From the NCBI GenBank assembly GCA_904063045.1, contig CAJFCJ010000002.1, forward strand, positions 3,529,891 to 3,593,890: a stretch of DNA of 64,000 nt, written 5' to 3'. The notes below the pieces were generated by a model. The model had not been told where the DNA came from, searched no databases, and saw only the letters and a program-made list of their open reading frames with translations. Made by a program: the position numbers and the translations under genes. Positions 24,912-37,806 of this stretch are shown piece by piece (positions within the stretch are counted from its first letter, which is position 1; every line of letters starts with the position of its first letter). The stretch is from Dimorphilus gyrociliatus. Taxonomy: Eukaryota; Animalia; Annelida.

Positions 24912-26786
24912 TTAGAAAAGAGCCGAAGTAGATATGTTTTTATTTGCATTTGTTGCTGATTCGATTGAATGGGGATCGTCTTTTTTATACAAAATATGTA
25001 CGTGAGGATGTAAACAGCCACTTCCACGTGCAACTGTTCCAAAATCCTCCTGAAGTATTTTATCCTTCCCTTTCGCTCTTTTTGCTAAAATTAGTAATCC
25101 TACTAATAATAGAGTCCCGACAAATGTTCCAAAAACTGATATTATAAGAATATTCACGCTGAATGTACGTTCTTTGGTTTCCTTTTTGTTAGGCGACGTT
25201 TGTGGTGATTCTATAATTATCATCGATTTACTTTCCGCAGTGCCTAAAACGTTCTTAGCTTGACATAGATATGATTTATATTCTGCTAATTCGGTTATTA
25301 TTTCCATGTCAACTGTTGATTTGTTTAATATATTGCTATTTGAATTGTTTGTGTCTATTTTGACTGATATCCATAGCACATCCGGCTTAGGTATGCCCTC
25401 TGCCGTACATGACACATAACGTTTACCATTCCTGTTTAATACTTTTATATCAATGCTATGCGGTGGTAAACAATTGAAGTATGAATCGTCAATTTGTAGT
25501 AAATATTCAACAATAGGTTTTGAGCAAGTTACATCCAACATATATTTTGGTAGAACTTGAAATCCTAACGAAAACTTCCTCAACCATAGTACATGACAAT
25601 CGCATTCTAGAGGGTTTTTCTGAAATCTAGCTCTACCACCTTTCCTGACAAGTATTTCCGTTTGCTGTGGCAATCTCTTTATTAGATTGTGACTTATATC
25701 CAAAAATTCAAAATCATTTCTGAGTTTTGGCAGAGATATAGATGAAATTTGATTATAAGACACATCCAAATATTTTATATTTACTAATGGCATTAAGTAA
25801 TCCATTTCTGATGATATAGAATTGTTTTTCAAATTTAAATGTTCCAAATAAATGACAAATGCCTTTAAACTTGGTATTTTAGTAAATATATTAAAAGATA
25901 TATCTAACAATTCAAGATGTTGAAATTCCTCGAAGGCGCATAATATATCTTTTTGACTTGTTAAGTAATTAGAATTTAATTTAAATCTCTTTAATTTTCG
26001 TAATCCTGTAAAAGTGTTACAAGATAATTGGGATAGATCATTGTGAGATAAATCCAGAGTATTTAAAGATTTAGCAAAGTTAAAAAATCCATCTTTAATG
26101 AAACTTATAGAATTTTCTCTTAGAATTAAGTATTTAATTTCTGTGAAATTTGACATAGAGAGATTTAAGCTCATTAAGTTATTCCTTGATAAATCCAATG
26201 TCTGGAGATTACTTAAGAGATTTTTATCCACTTTATTTAAAGATGTTAAATTTGAATCAGTCAATTTCAAAGTTCTAAGGTTGTTTGCTTTCATTAATTG
26301 AAGCCAATTCTCGGTTAAACCATTCAAATTACATCTTTCCAAGCTTAGACTAAGTAACAATTTGAATTCCGTATTGGCTATGAATGACACATTTTCCGGA
26401 AAATCACAATTAATGCTGAGGCCACATAGTCGTTTTTGGTTTAAAATACTTTGAAAATCCTGTAATGACGAATTGTATAAATTCAATACTGCAACGTCTT
26501 TTAATAGCGTATGATTCATAAATTGTCCGACAATAATGCTTTCGTTGGTTTGATCAAATGCGTTCAAAATAGTTAGCTCACAAACTGAACTATGCGGTGA
26601 TATTTTACCAATATTTTCATCGTTTTGTAACCAAAATTTTAGTTCACTGAGTCTGTTGCATTTAAGCGATGGAGAATTAAAACGAGGACAGCAAGAAGTA
26701 GGAAGAATCTTCCTAAGAACACAATCACTTTTGATGCTTGGCAGTGTGAGAAAAATCAATAGGATAACCAATAGAGTCATATCCAT
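24912..26786 (-). CDS. Intronless LRR + LRRCT + Ig type I membrane protein (LIG family), 624 aa
   Basis: Signal peptide, repeated LxxLxLxxN units, LRRCT NPLECDC..W..CSKP, Ig with C..EGIPKP.V.W and YLCQAKNVLG, TM ILIISVFGTFVGTLLLVGLLILA, short tail with no TIR domain. Confidence 0.92.
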   Translation of the reverse strand: MDMTLLVILLIFLTLPSIKSDCVLRKILPTSCCPRFNSPSLKCNRLSELKFWLQNDENIGKISPHSSVCELTILNAFDQTNESIIVGQFMNHTLLKDVAVLNLYNSSLQDFQSILNQKRLCGLSINCDFPENVSFIANTEFKLLLSLSLERCNLNGLTENWLQLMKANNLRTLKLTDSNLTSLNKVDKNLLSNLQTLDLSRNNLMSLNLSMSNFTEIKYLILRENSISFIKDGFFNFAKSLNTLDLSHNDLSQLSCNTFTGLRKLKRFKLNSNYLTSQKDILCAFEEFQHLELLDISFNIFTKIPSLKAFVIYLEHLNLKNNSISSEMDYLMPLVNIKYLDVSYNQISSISLPKLRNDFEFLDISHNLIKRLPQQTEILVRKGGRARFQKNPLECDCHVLWLRKFSLGFQVLPKYMLDVTCSKPIVEYLLQIDDSYFNCLPPHSIDIKVLNRNGKRYVSCTAEGIPKPDVLWISVKIDTNNSNSNILNKSTVDMEIITELAEYKSYLCQAKNVLGTAESKSMIIIESPQTSPNKKETKERTFSVNILIISVFGTFVGTLLLVGLLILAKRAKGKDKILQEDFGTVARGSGCLHPHVHILYKKDDPHSIESATNANKNISTSALF

Positions 26787-29700
26787 CTTAATAATATCTT
26801 TAAGATTCCTGTAAAAAAATTGATAGATGAATAAAAGTAATATATTCTAAGGAACATTTTAATATTAGCCACTTTCCTATAATAAAGAAAATTACATTTA
26901 AAATAGAGATGAAAATTAACAAAGAATATGAAAAATATACTTTTGTTTTTATATTCCTATCCGTCATGTGCATATATTGATTTTTTTTGTATAAGCAAAC
27001 AAAATCTTTCATATATACTTTGCTAAAATAGAATTTCTGACGCTAAAAGTTAATATAAGATATATAGTAATTATAATCTAAATATACAATATATGTATTT
27101 TCGATGCTTTACAACTTATAGATTTATGTATAATTACTATTCATATACAGTATATATATATATTAGCAAAGTTTTAGAAAAGGAAAGGATTTATTTGCTG
27201 ATATAAAAAAAATAGAATATCAACTGCTACCCAAAAGGAGGAAAAGCACGAAATGACGCTAAATGTAACGATGCAAATAGGCTTTTTGGGAGGGGATAAA
27301 TCTCAATTGGTAAAGCTCTAGTAGGCGATTATACTATATATAAATCGATATATGTTGAGTTCTTTTTGTACTTATCTGTTTCATGTATAAAATCCTTTAC
27401 TTGTGTATGTGTGTGTGTATGACGTATTTTTCCTTCAAATTCTTGCTCAGGTACATACTACGTGCTCTAAATAATAAAAATATCAGTCGATATAGCTTTT
27501 TATTTTAGATATAAGCAATTTCATTAAAGTCCCAATATATTATATAATCCATGTGCTGTAGATTGTTTAAATAATGATTATAGATTTTTTTTAGAAAGAT
27601 TGCTGATAACAAACAAATATGATAATCATAAGGAGAATATCTATGTATGTTTAATGATTGTCATTATTTTGTTTATAAACATATACTTCTTAACAGTGAT
27701 GTGATTCTGTTTATTTGAGTGCGTTTATTTATATACTTCTTTTCTATAAAATTAAAATAATGGGAAGAAGTTTTTATAAGTATTTTTTAGATTAGAATGT
27801 ACTATATGCATACAAACTATGTATAAATATAAATATATGGTACAATTGTCTATTATTTAATATTCTATAGCCTATCTACTGTGCATAGTATACAAGATTT
27901 TACAATAACATTTACCTTAGTGATATCTTTTTTCTTCTTGTCACTTTCTAGCTCAAAATGACAAAGTTATGTCTTCTCTGGTATATAATAAATGAACGCT
28001 TATTTGGATTTCTATCACCAGTCTTTCACTTTTTTTGCTTACCTGTTAATTTTAAAGAAGTAGTTTTATTAATAATTATCGAATATTCTCTTATTAAACG
28101 AGAGTAGTTAATTAGTTAATTATACCTTTTCTCGGTTTCGGATAACAATTATTACTTTCTTTTAAATTGTAAAAGAAATGGAGTTGTATACAACATATCC
28201 TTTTCTGTTTTAAAACATCTTTTTTATACTAAAAATGAAATGACTAATATTCATAAATTGAAATTTATCATATACAGTATTTGTCTGATTATAAAATACT
28301 TAAGTTACTCTCTAAGACGAATTAGGAAATGAATAAAAGAGAAAAATTAGAGAAATTCTACTCTTTGCTATTACCATCAATAGGTAATATTATATAGTTT
28401 TTCATTAAGAATTATAAAGTACTGTTCTGTTTACGGTAATTGTATAATATTTTATCGTTCATTAGTTCTAATATTAATACTTAACTGAATATAACCAAGG
28501 AGTATAAGACGATAAATTTTATAGTGATCTATCTATAAGGATAAACCTGGAATAATAACATAATATAAGGGAGACTTTGTACACACTATACATTGAAAAG
28601 TCTTGCTATTATTGATTTTAAACCTATTTTTGGTACCTTCAGCTAAAAAGAGATCAAAGGGAGAATATATTGATTAATGAATATGTTTGTCTATTTACTA
28701 CATGGATCTCGAATAAAATTGTCTTTTTATTAATTGTATTAAATGCTTCCCTATTTTTTTTAATTAACTAAAATAAATAACCGAAAGATATCTAATTAAT
28801 TTTTACTGTTCTTTTTAATATTAGCATTCAATAATCCTATTTTTTTCCAATTGATGAATAATAAAATAAAGCAATATTCTATAATATATATGTAATAAAC
28901 ATGCAATATATACAGTATAAACTGTATATGTATAAATAGATATTCTAGACTAATACATCCGACATAACTTATTATTCATAAAATTTTTGCTAAATGAATA
29001 TATAAATAGAAAACAGCTATTTCTCATAGTTTAGACGTTTTTCTATTTTGTAGATATTATTATACTATCAATATTAAGCCTTTTTTTTCAGAATTAGTAC
29101 TACATTTGATAGAAACTAGTTCCTTTACTATACTTTTAGTTCTTTTTCTTTTTTTTTTAAAAATTAATTAAAATTATTCCTAATTTAATTTTTTCATTGT
29201 TTTTATAGTTTTGTTCAAAATTTTGCTTATTTTCATTCATAAATATGAAAAATTACATATTTTTCTTTTTAGTTGTATTTCTAATTTTCTTTTCTATTAT
29301 TCATGGTAATTTAGGCATTATAGTTTTCATCAGGTATGAAACAGTCATGATTATTTCATCAATAGGTTAATATCTTGATGTGCCATACGAAGAGAAAGAA
29401 ATAGGAATACAATATGTAATTTTATACATAGCGTACTCGATTAAATTAACTATTTACCGAAAAAATAGCAGTAAAGTACGATTTCATGGAATGTATAATA
29501 TCAATTTTTAGTACCTTCTTCTGAAATAAGAGAATATGTACGCATTTAGATAAAAAAAAGATGCGTAGAATGACCTACCTAAAATAATTAATTTCAAATA
29601 ATTCTAAAATTCTTTTTATTTATTAATAGCATCTTTTTTTATTATACATTTATCATTTTTTTACTTTATCGTCTGCTATTTCTTACTTTTTCTCTAAGAC

Positions 29701-30253
29701 GGCACAACTAATTATTATTAACCTAATAACCGATTTACAAAATTTTATACTCTATTAATACTTACATCCTATTGTGATCTTTCTTTCAGATTTGTCTTCC
29801 TTTTTATATGTAAAGATAAATTTAAAACTTATGAGTTACATTCTTAAGATATTATATATGCGTTTAATTATTAAGAATTGAACTATTTATTTAAAGGAAA
29901 TAAATTGATATATCTTTTTCTTTAGTTGTTTTTATTAACTGCTTTTAAGTGAAACGTGAAGAGTTAATTTTATGATTAACAATAATTGTTAGTCATTCTT
30001 CAAATTAATATTGATGATATTCTTCTAATGTGAAGTTGGAAACCAGGGAGATGGTGATAAACACTACTGATAGACGGTATACGCTATATATTTAAAATCT
30101 TCATTTAACGTTTGCTTATTCGATAAACTATCCAAAAGAAAAGTTAACTTGTAAGCTAAACAAGTATTAATGAATACATGAATATAAAGTCATATTAAAA
30201 ATAAACAGTCTACAGTACACGAACAAAGTACATAAGCACGTTTATTTTAGAGT

Positions 30254-31180
30254 TTACGATACTTCATTTCCTATTATATTAATCTTTCTTTTGAAAATTC
30301 TTAGAAAATGGCTTTTAATTGATGTATTTCCATAGAGAGTTATCGAAGGATTAATAATTGTTTGAAAAAGAACAAACATTTGAGATACCATCAAAAGATA
30401 TTGAAATATTCTAGTAGAACTATTTAGTGTTGTTGCTAATAAAATTCCGAAATAAGTCCATAAACCAAACATAAAGCAAAGTTTTATGAAAGTAAGTTTA
30501 GATGATTTAGAAACGTTTTGAATCCTTTCCATTTGAGTTTGCATTTCCTTAGCGTGTCTTCTAGCAATTTTTAATATCCATACGTGGAAGAATAATGACC
30601 CTCCTACCGTTGGCAGTATACCAAGGCTATAATATATAAAAAAGTAATAGTTTTTGTAATTAATATAGCCAGAACATAGAATATTATTATTTACTCCGAA
30701 AGGTACGATATAAAGTGGAAATAGACCAAAAACACAAGCAAGAAGTCCAATTGCTGAAAATATTAGTATGATAGATTGTTTACTTTTATATTTTATATAT
30801 TTAAAAGGTGAACGAATGAAAAGTAATCTGTCAACAAATATGGCTAAGAGTATAAAGTGAGAAAATAAGAGATTAAACATGGGAAGTAGAACAATTCCTG
30901 AACAGAAAAATACATTTGAGCGATATAAATTTGTACTCATATCTAACAATCGAAAGGCAGCTAGAATACAAACAAATAATGTATCTGATATTGACAATGC
31001 AAGTATAAAGACTCCAGACATTTTTCGAACATTTTCGTATTTCGTGTACAAAAATATAACAATACAATTTAACACTACAGCTGTAACAGCAATTAATACA
31101 AAAAATGATCCAAAAATATAAAGTTCAACTCTCGTAAAGATAATTTCACCTGTTGAATTTACTTTCAAAGAATTATTCAT
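30254..31180 (-). CDS. Intronless orphan class A (rhodopsin-like) GPCR, 308 aa
   Basis: Seven hydrophobic segments; TM1 N, TM2 LSISD, TM3 C..VDRLLFIRSPFKY, TM7 NPSITLY. Confidence 0.88.
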   Translation of the reverse strand: MNNSLKVNSTGEIIFTRVELYIFGSFFVLIAVTAVVLNCIVIFLYTKYENVRKMSGVFILALSISDTLFVCILAAFRLLDMSTNLYRSNVFFCSGIVLLPMFNLLFSHFILLAIFVDRLLFIRSPFKYIKYKSKQSIILIFSAIGLLACVFGLFPLYIVPFGVNNNILCSGYINYKNYYFFIYYSLGILPTVGGSLFFHVWILKIARRHAKEMQTQMERIQNVSKSSKLTFIKLCFMFGLWTYFGILLATTLNSSTRIFQYLLMVSQMFVLFQTIINPSITLYGNTSIKSHFLRIFKRKINIIGNEVS

Positions 31181-32609
31181 TTCAACAGTTCAAATTGTAG
31201 AAAACATTTATATTTCAGAAAAGTTGACACTGAATTTCTTCATTGAATTGCTTTACTGCTTATGATTTGTAAGTGAAATATTTGTTTCATATAAGCTAAT
31301 TAATAATACATCTAAATAGGAAATTCCTATTCTTTACTGGTACTATTCGTTGGATAATTATTTATTTACCTTATACTTTTTTAATATAGAAACTTTAAAG
31401 AGTTTGGTTTGTAAAGTATCGTTTTTGTTTTTCTATTGAGATAGAAATTAGCTTCTCTCTCATCTATATAGTTTAGAAGTTATAAACTATAGAGATATAC
31501 GGTTATTCTGATCATTATGGATCATTTGATTTTTCTCTTACATTACTTTTAGCTTACAAAGAGCTATACTATCGTCCTTTGGTAAAAAGAACAGCTTTTA
31601 TAATTTTCGCTCGTAAATGTTTTTTGAACCAATTTAAAAGCAAACTGCTTCTTTTCTGATATGATAAATTACCCAAGAAAGAGCTGTCGTGCCATATAAA
31701 TGAATGAACCGATCTGTACGGAGAGTATAATACAACCCACCTAACTAATAAACCCTTACCTCTCCTTTTTTCACAAGATGTACTTAATTCTTCTTGGAAG
31801 TTTAATAATAGAGTAATTAAGGTATATAGATTTCCATTTAAAATTTTCTATATGTGATTAATTCTTATAAGAATTAAAATATGCGAAAGTGAGCATATCT
31901 TTTAAAATTAATTCACGTTTTATGATATAGAATTTTGATTATATCGAATATAAGTTTAATATTTCAAAATTTCTTCAGTCATGCTTTTTCGTGTACAATA
32001 TATCACGATGTTTTTAAGTTAGATAAAACGCCATCTGTTGGATTTTGAATGTTCATATATTTATATACAAGTGTTTCTGTATGATTTAAAGTAAAAATGA
32101 TAAGTAAATAAATGAATTTTATAAATAGTATACTATTAAGTTGAAATAATATTTGGTTTATTTAATTTATTAATAAATATAAAATTCATAATGTTTTTTT
32201 TAAAAAGTATACTTTTTCCATTAAATAAAAAGTAACTTTCCTTTTAAAAAAAACAAAGAACAATTGGCGAAAAAAGAAAAAAATGATAAAGTTTTTCCTT
32301 TTTTTTCCATTTTAATTTCTTGTGAAGTTTTTTTTTAAAAAAAAAAGTTTTCTTTTCTAAAGACAGAGAATTAGTTATTGAAAATAAACATAAAAGACAA
32401 TTGTTTTCTTTTTAAGCTTTTTCTGTTTGCGTTTGTATTTTTATATTCAATTTCTAAAATATCTTTTGTATATTTCTCTTTTTTTTGTTTTTTTTCTCAT
32501 TTTCACATATCATTACTATCTATGCATGACATAAATTACAATATGTGAAAAGTCTTATATCTCTCTTACTATTTCAATATAGAAAAACTTTACATTTAAG
32601 CTTTACTAT

Positions 32610-32974
32610 TTATCTTCCCCATCTGAAAGGTTGCTTCCCTTTATCTCCAGAATCTTGAGAATTTCCTCTGTTTGCTCCCAAATTAAAGAATCCATTGGCT
32701 GGTGACCAAGCTAATTTCTTCGTGTAGAAACGTTTTCGTAGTCTTGAATACCCTAAACAGAAACAATATTATTTTTTCGTTTAATTTTTCTAATACTTAT
32801 AAGTTATTTTTTAGTAATAGCTTATATAAAGTTACCATCTAGAATTTCATCAAGCACGTCTGGTGTGAATGGTCGCTTAAGAGCGGATATCTCGTGGGCA
32901 TCTATCAAATGATGATATCCCGATAGGAAATTTAATATCGAAAATGTAGCCATTGCAATTAAAAATGTTTTCAT
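32610..32974 (-). CDS. NKY: 93-aa neuropeptide precursor, NKY-like, ending RWamide (exons 32974-32836, 32752-32610); absent from the ORF track
   Basis: MKTFLIAMATFSILNFLSGYHHLIDAHEISAL-KR-PFTPDVLDEILDGYSRLR-KR-FYTKKLAWSPANGFFNLGANRGNSQDSGDKGKQPFRW-GR-stop: signal peptide, dibasic cleavage sites, Gly amidation donor. Donor gtaact and acceptor ttag, phase 1 matches. Confidence 0.85.
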
Positions 32975-33770
32975 CGTGCCTATTGAAAGAAAGAAAAGAA
33001 GAGCATGAAAGCATATTTAACAGGAAATTAAGCATGAAAAAATAAATAAATCATTGAACAACATGTAACCAACTTATATATTTTGCTTTTAAAAAATAAT
33101 ACTTTTAATATTAAATACAAACTAGAGAAAAGAACAGAAAATAGACGGAAAAGCTCTAAGTAAGAGTAATTCGTGCTGAATTGATACTTATTTTCAAAAT
33201 GGTACTTTAATAATACTTGTATAGAGTGGTATTTTATACCAAGTTCATTGATTCAATCGAAATCTTTTAAAGATTTCTTCATCTCTATGCGCAGTAGAGA
33301 AAGGGATATATATATATATATATACATTTATTAAGAATGGATGAATAACAGCTAATTTGTATTTATTTTTCATCAAAAGGTATGATTAAACATCTTATAA
33401 TTTCAACACTATAAATTGTCAAAGTAGTTATTATCGTTACAAATTTGTACTGTAACATTTTGTATTAAAACTTTCCATCACTCGACTTTCTTTTCCCTTT
33501 TCCTCCATCCATCTTTTCTGTTACTCTCATCCCTTCTCTTAAAATAAGATAAGAGTGAAAAGTCAACAAGATTTATACCTCTCTAGAAATACGTGGTAGT
33601 AACTAGTTTCAAATAAAACGAAACTTCAATATTTATTTTCTAAAGCTAAAACATTCGCCCAATAAATGTTTATCAAATCTATAAAACCATGTAAATATAA
33701 TAAAGAGGCTTAAAAAAGAACAACTTTTTATAAATTAATAATATATATATACATATAAATATATATATAA

Positions 33771-33806
33771 AGAGAGAGAGAGAGAGGGAGAGAGAGAAAG
33801 AGAGAG
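33771..33806. repeat. (GA)n microsatellite, imperfect
   Basis: agagagagag agagagggag agagagaaag agagag. Confidence 0.9.
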
Positions 33807-35298
33807 CTACAGATATATAACACTTGAGAAGCACAACTTACTTAATTTATGAAAAAGTAGTAAACTAACTATTGACAATTAAACTTTACCGTTTGACTCA
33901 AAGTGTAGTTTTAATATTCTTATCTAACACAGGAGTCTGAGGCTTCGAGTTCTCGAATGCGGATTTTACTGCATAAGTATAGACATAGTAGACGTTGAAT
34001 ATTAATGAGGTAAATTTGCATAACGGATATAGACCTTTTAAAAAGTATTACTATATAGAAGCAAACTGTAGTTATTTATAAAATTAGCACTTTTAACAAC
34101 ATATATTAAATTTATTAAAAAATTAACAAAATCTCGTTAAATTGTATTAAATAATAAAAATTTAATAAGAAATTTATGTAAATTTTTTCTACGGTCTTAT
34201 GGGATTATTATATCAATTTCTTAACTATTGTGGGAGTAAATTCATTTCAAAAAGCTATATTGATAAAAATTGATACTTTCTTTGTTTAAGATTGTCGAGT
34301 TGTAGTTGTGCGCTTCCCTGTATATATATTTTTGACAAACTAATGGATATGTTTATTTCCTGATATTTTTAATAACTCTTACAGACTTGAGAGAATAATT
34401 AAATAGTAGTTGTCATGCGAAAAATATTTTCTTTTCAGAGAGACAAATAACTTTATTATAAAAATGATCTTTAAAAGAAATAATATATTTAACATTATAA
34501 ATATTGATGCCTAAATTCAACTTACTCTTAACAAAAGTATATTGACTAACAAGAACATAGTAAAAATAGCTTGGCTTAAATAAAAATATTATAAAATGAT
34601 TAATAAGAGTAATTTTGTATCTTCCATTTTTGTTTGATAATAAATGGAAAAGAAGATAATCATAGAAATAAAGATTTTCGTTATATGATATCAGTATATT
34701 TTTTATAAGTATTACAGTAAAAGTTCTTTTACAGTTTCAATAGATTGATAATATCGCAATATTGCCAAAAAAAAGAAAATATCCCTCTTAATTCCCTATT
34801 TTTATATCTATATGCTAATTAAGTAAATATTTCACATTAATTTTATCTCTTTACTTTAATATAATTTACAGATTTTTAGCTGAAAATATGCATTTTAAAA
34901 GTTTGTAGGCGTTGGAAAAGGATATCTTTTTCCTACGTGACCATATCGATAGACTTTCTTTTTACATGAATGATTAATTTAACAGCCTTGTGGAATTTCT
35001 TTCCTATACATTTAATTGTCTACTTAACAGATTAACCAATATTCTCATAGAGACGGTACGTAATTTAGTGAATTTGATTGAAGTATGTACGTTCCCTTTT
35101 TATAATCTTTCCTTTAACGACAGATTTTTGATATTCATGCCAAAATATAAAATAGCAACTCTTAGAGTATTAAAATGACGATAACGTATCACTTGAATGA
35201 ATAATATCTGATAAAGTTTTTATCTGAATTTCAAGCTTTAGTAATTTAGTTTAAGTCAGGCCCGCTTAGCTTTTAGAGTTCAACATCAACCAAAAATA

Positions 35299-36009
35299 AT
35301 GTTTCATATACCAGGATTCGGATTCAATCGACCAGGTAAGTGCTATTGTCTTTTTCTAAATAATGTAAACTTTTACTATTGGTTATCTTCAGTCGGAGCT
35401 AAACATCCTAACTGGGTTCTCAGTCAAGGTCGTTACGCCCCCCCTAACGCTGTTGTTGCGGGAGTGGGCCATGACGGAGAACCATTCTATGTTGGAAGAA
35501 CACTCCATGGAAATAATTTAATTCCAGGTAAGAAAAACTGAAAAAACAGTCTTATCTAGTTATACTTTATCTATACCACATATAAATATGCAACATTTGC
35601 ACATTTCAAGCATGGCATATAGCTTTCTCCAAAAGCTTTAATAGAAAGAATATCAAATTATATACTAATCTATTCACTTTTAGGAAAAGTGAAGTTATCT
35701 CAAGGAAAATGCTACGTTCCTTTTGGAGGTCAAGAACATAGTTCAAGTAATTATGAGATTCTTGTTCAAACGGAGGATATTATGTTCGATTGGCTACCAG
35801 CGTCGAATGGAGCAATTCCAGCAGGAGCGATCATAGGAGGTTATAAGTCAGACGGAAAAAGGATGTTTGTAGGACGAGCTCTCCATAACAATAAACAAAT
35901 ACCTGGCAAAGTCAATGTAGAAAATAAATGTATATACATAGCGGATGGTGGACGTGAAATATCTTACAACAGCTACGAAGTACTAGTTTGTCGAATGGTT
36001 GATTTATGA
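35299..36009 (+). CDS. DM9-repeat protein, copy 1 (exons 35299-35335, 35393-35527, 35684-36009)
   Basis: Two DM9 repeats: W...G..PPNAV.AG..DGEPFYVGR..H.NNLIPGK, CYVPFGGQEH..YEIL, and WLPASNGAIPAGAI.GG..DGKRMFVGR..IPGKV..YEVL. Splice phases are consistent. Confidence 0.9.
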
Positions 36010-36450
36010 ATAACTAATCAAGAAAATTAAACGAGAATTATAGAAAATAGATTTAATAATTTAGAAAGTTGATATAATCTTTCGATATTCTATCGATTTG
36101 TTAGTAAAATTGTAGTTTAGAAAATATAGTGAAAATTTTACAACCTTTCTACACATCTAAATATTTTAATTACATTTTCTGCTGACTGAATCACTAAGCA
36201 AGATTCTTTACAAACTTATAAATAGCCTTTTTTTAAGAAACTCTGTAACAGGTAAAGATTGGATAAATATGTAATATTACTATTTTAATAAGCGTATTAT
36301 TTTCGTCAAGAATAACGATATATTAGCCTTTGAACATAGACTAAATATTATAATTATGCTTTATAGTTTTATTCTGTCCAAAAATTGACTACGAAACCAT
36401 ATAGATATGTACAATATCCGCCAGATAAATCAGATCATATACATATACAC

Positions 36451-36475
36451 ATATATATATATATATATATATATA
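36451..36475. repeat. (TA)n microsatellite
   Basis: Uninterrupted at-repeat run. Similar runs lie at 44717-44742 and 51201-51224, both intronic. Confidence 0.9.
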
Positions 36476-36953
36476 CAGTATATATAGCATTATGATGACA
36501 TGCTGGTCGTTATATTATTATTATTAATATGTTAAATATATACATAAGGAAACAATTTCACGATACATGAAACATGCATCTTAATGACAAAGAATAAGAG
36601 GTAACGACAATAGAAAGTAAATTTAAACTAAATTCTTCAAGTTATCTCTTGAAACCAACTGCAAAGTTTGTCGCATAACATAGTTCTTTTTTAAGTTTAA
36701 GATACCTTGATATGCTTAATGAAAAATACTCGGAAGAATTCGAGTGGTTGCCAAACCGCCTTATCTCTCTTTCTCTCTATATTTACACAGTGGATTGTAT
36801 CGTATTTCACTCGCAACGTTGAAATATAGGCCTTTAAAGCAAACGTCTGACCTGCTAGTAGTTTTTCGTTGGCTCTGTTGAGCTGCAGATAGAAGATTTT
36901 CATTATAATTTTTCTATTATTCTCCCCATTTCTGAATTGATATTCCTTCTAAA

Positions 36954-37806
36954 ATGTCAGGTAAATAACATACTAGGTAAAGCATAAATCACTAATTAAT
37001 TTAATAAAGAGAATTAAATATTAAAATCAATTAAACTTGTAAACTTGTTGAAATAAGAGACAAAACTTGTCCAGTTTTCTTTAAAACATAATACATTTTA
37101 AGAAGATGTCAGAAAAGCTTGGGTACCAGGATCAAATGGACAGATTCCTGAAAATGCATTCGAAGCAGGATACGATGGATCAGAAATTATGTATATTGGA
37201 CGAGCACCTCATGCAGGAGATGTTATTCCTGGTAGGTATAAAATATATTCTTTTCAGACGACTGAAATATTCGAGATACAATAGTTGCATAGTCCTGAAC
37301 TTCCTTCTGCGTGAATTTGTCTTCCTTTTCACAGTAGAAAAATCTTACTACAATACAAGATTAATAAACAAATTAAATTGATATATTTTGTTCTATTTAT
37401 ACTACCATCTATTTTTATAATTAACTAAAATATTGTCACTATATGATTAATAAGAAAAGTTTATTGTAAACACTAAGGTAAAGTTCATCCATCTCACAAA
37501 GTGTGTTACATTTGTTGGGGCAATGAAGAGCACGCAAAAGACAGTTATGAGGTTCTCTGTAAATCTGATCTAATTCAATTTGAATGGTTACCTTCGGCTA
37601 ATGGAGAACTTCCGGCAGGTGCAATCGTGGGTGGCAAGAGATCAGACGGCGGTAAATACTTTATCGGTAGAGCAAAACATGAGAATTGCTTGGTTCCCGG
37701 TAAAATTCATCCCGAAAATGAGTGTATTTATGTACCTTGGGGAGGAAAAGAAAACCGTTATGATGCCTACGAGGCCCTTGCAGCCAAAGTGATCGATTTA
37801 CCTTAA
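36954..37806 (+). CDS. DM9-repeat protein, copy 2 (exons 36954-36960, 37103-37231, 37478-37806)
   Basis: WVPGSNGQIPENAFEAGYDGSEIMYIGRAPHAGDVIPGKVHPSHKVCYICWG, and a second repeat WLPSANGELPAGAIVGG..YFIGR..VPGKIHP..YVPWGGKE. Shares the phase-1 intron in IPG|K with copy 1. Confidence 0.9.

Noticed and set aside
27292-27318. tRNA-Ala-like 5' fragment ggggataaatctcaattggtaaagctc; another weak tRNA-like string on the minus strand near 23915-24000
   Set aside because: The 27292 fragment has no T arm or 3' half, the 23915 string lacks a complete cloverleaf, and no second copy in the window supports a SINE family.
30254-32974. Neuropeptide gene 1.4 kb from a GPCR on the same strand, as a possible ligand-receptor pair
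   Set aside because: The GPCR lacks features of sNPF/NPY-type peptide receptors, and adjacency in such a gene-dense genome is expected by chance.
33896-33962. tRNA-Val-like string (gtgtagt..taacac..cttcgag)
   Set aside because: Spacing and a partial anticodon stem resemble a tRNA, but the acceptor and T stems do not pair. At most a decayed tRNA or SINE fragment; tRNAscan-SE would be needed.
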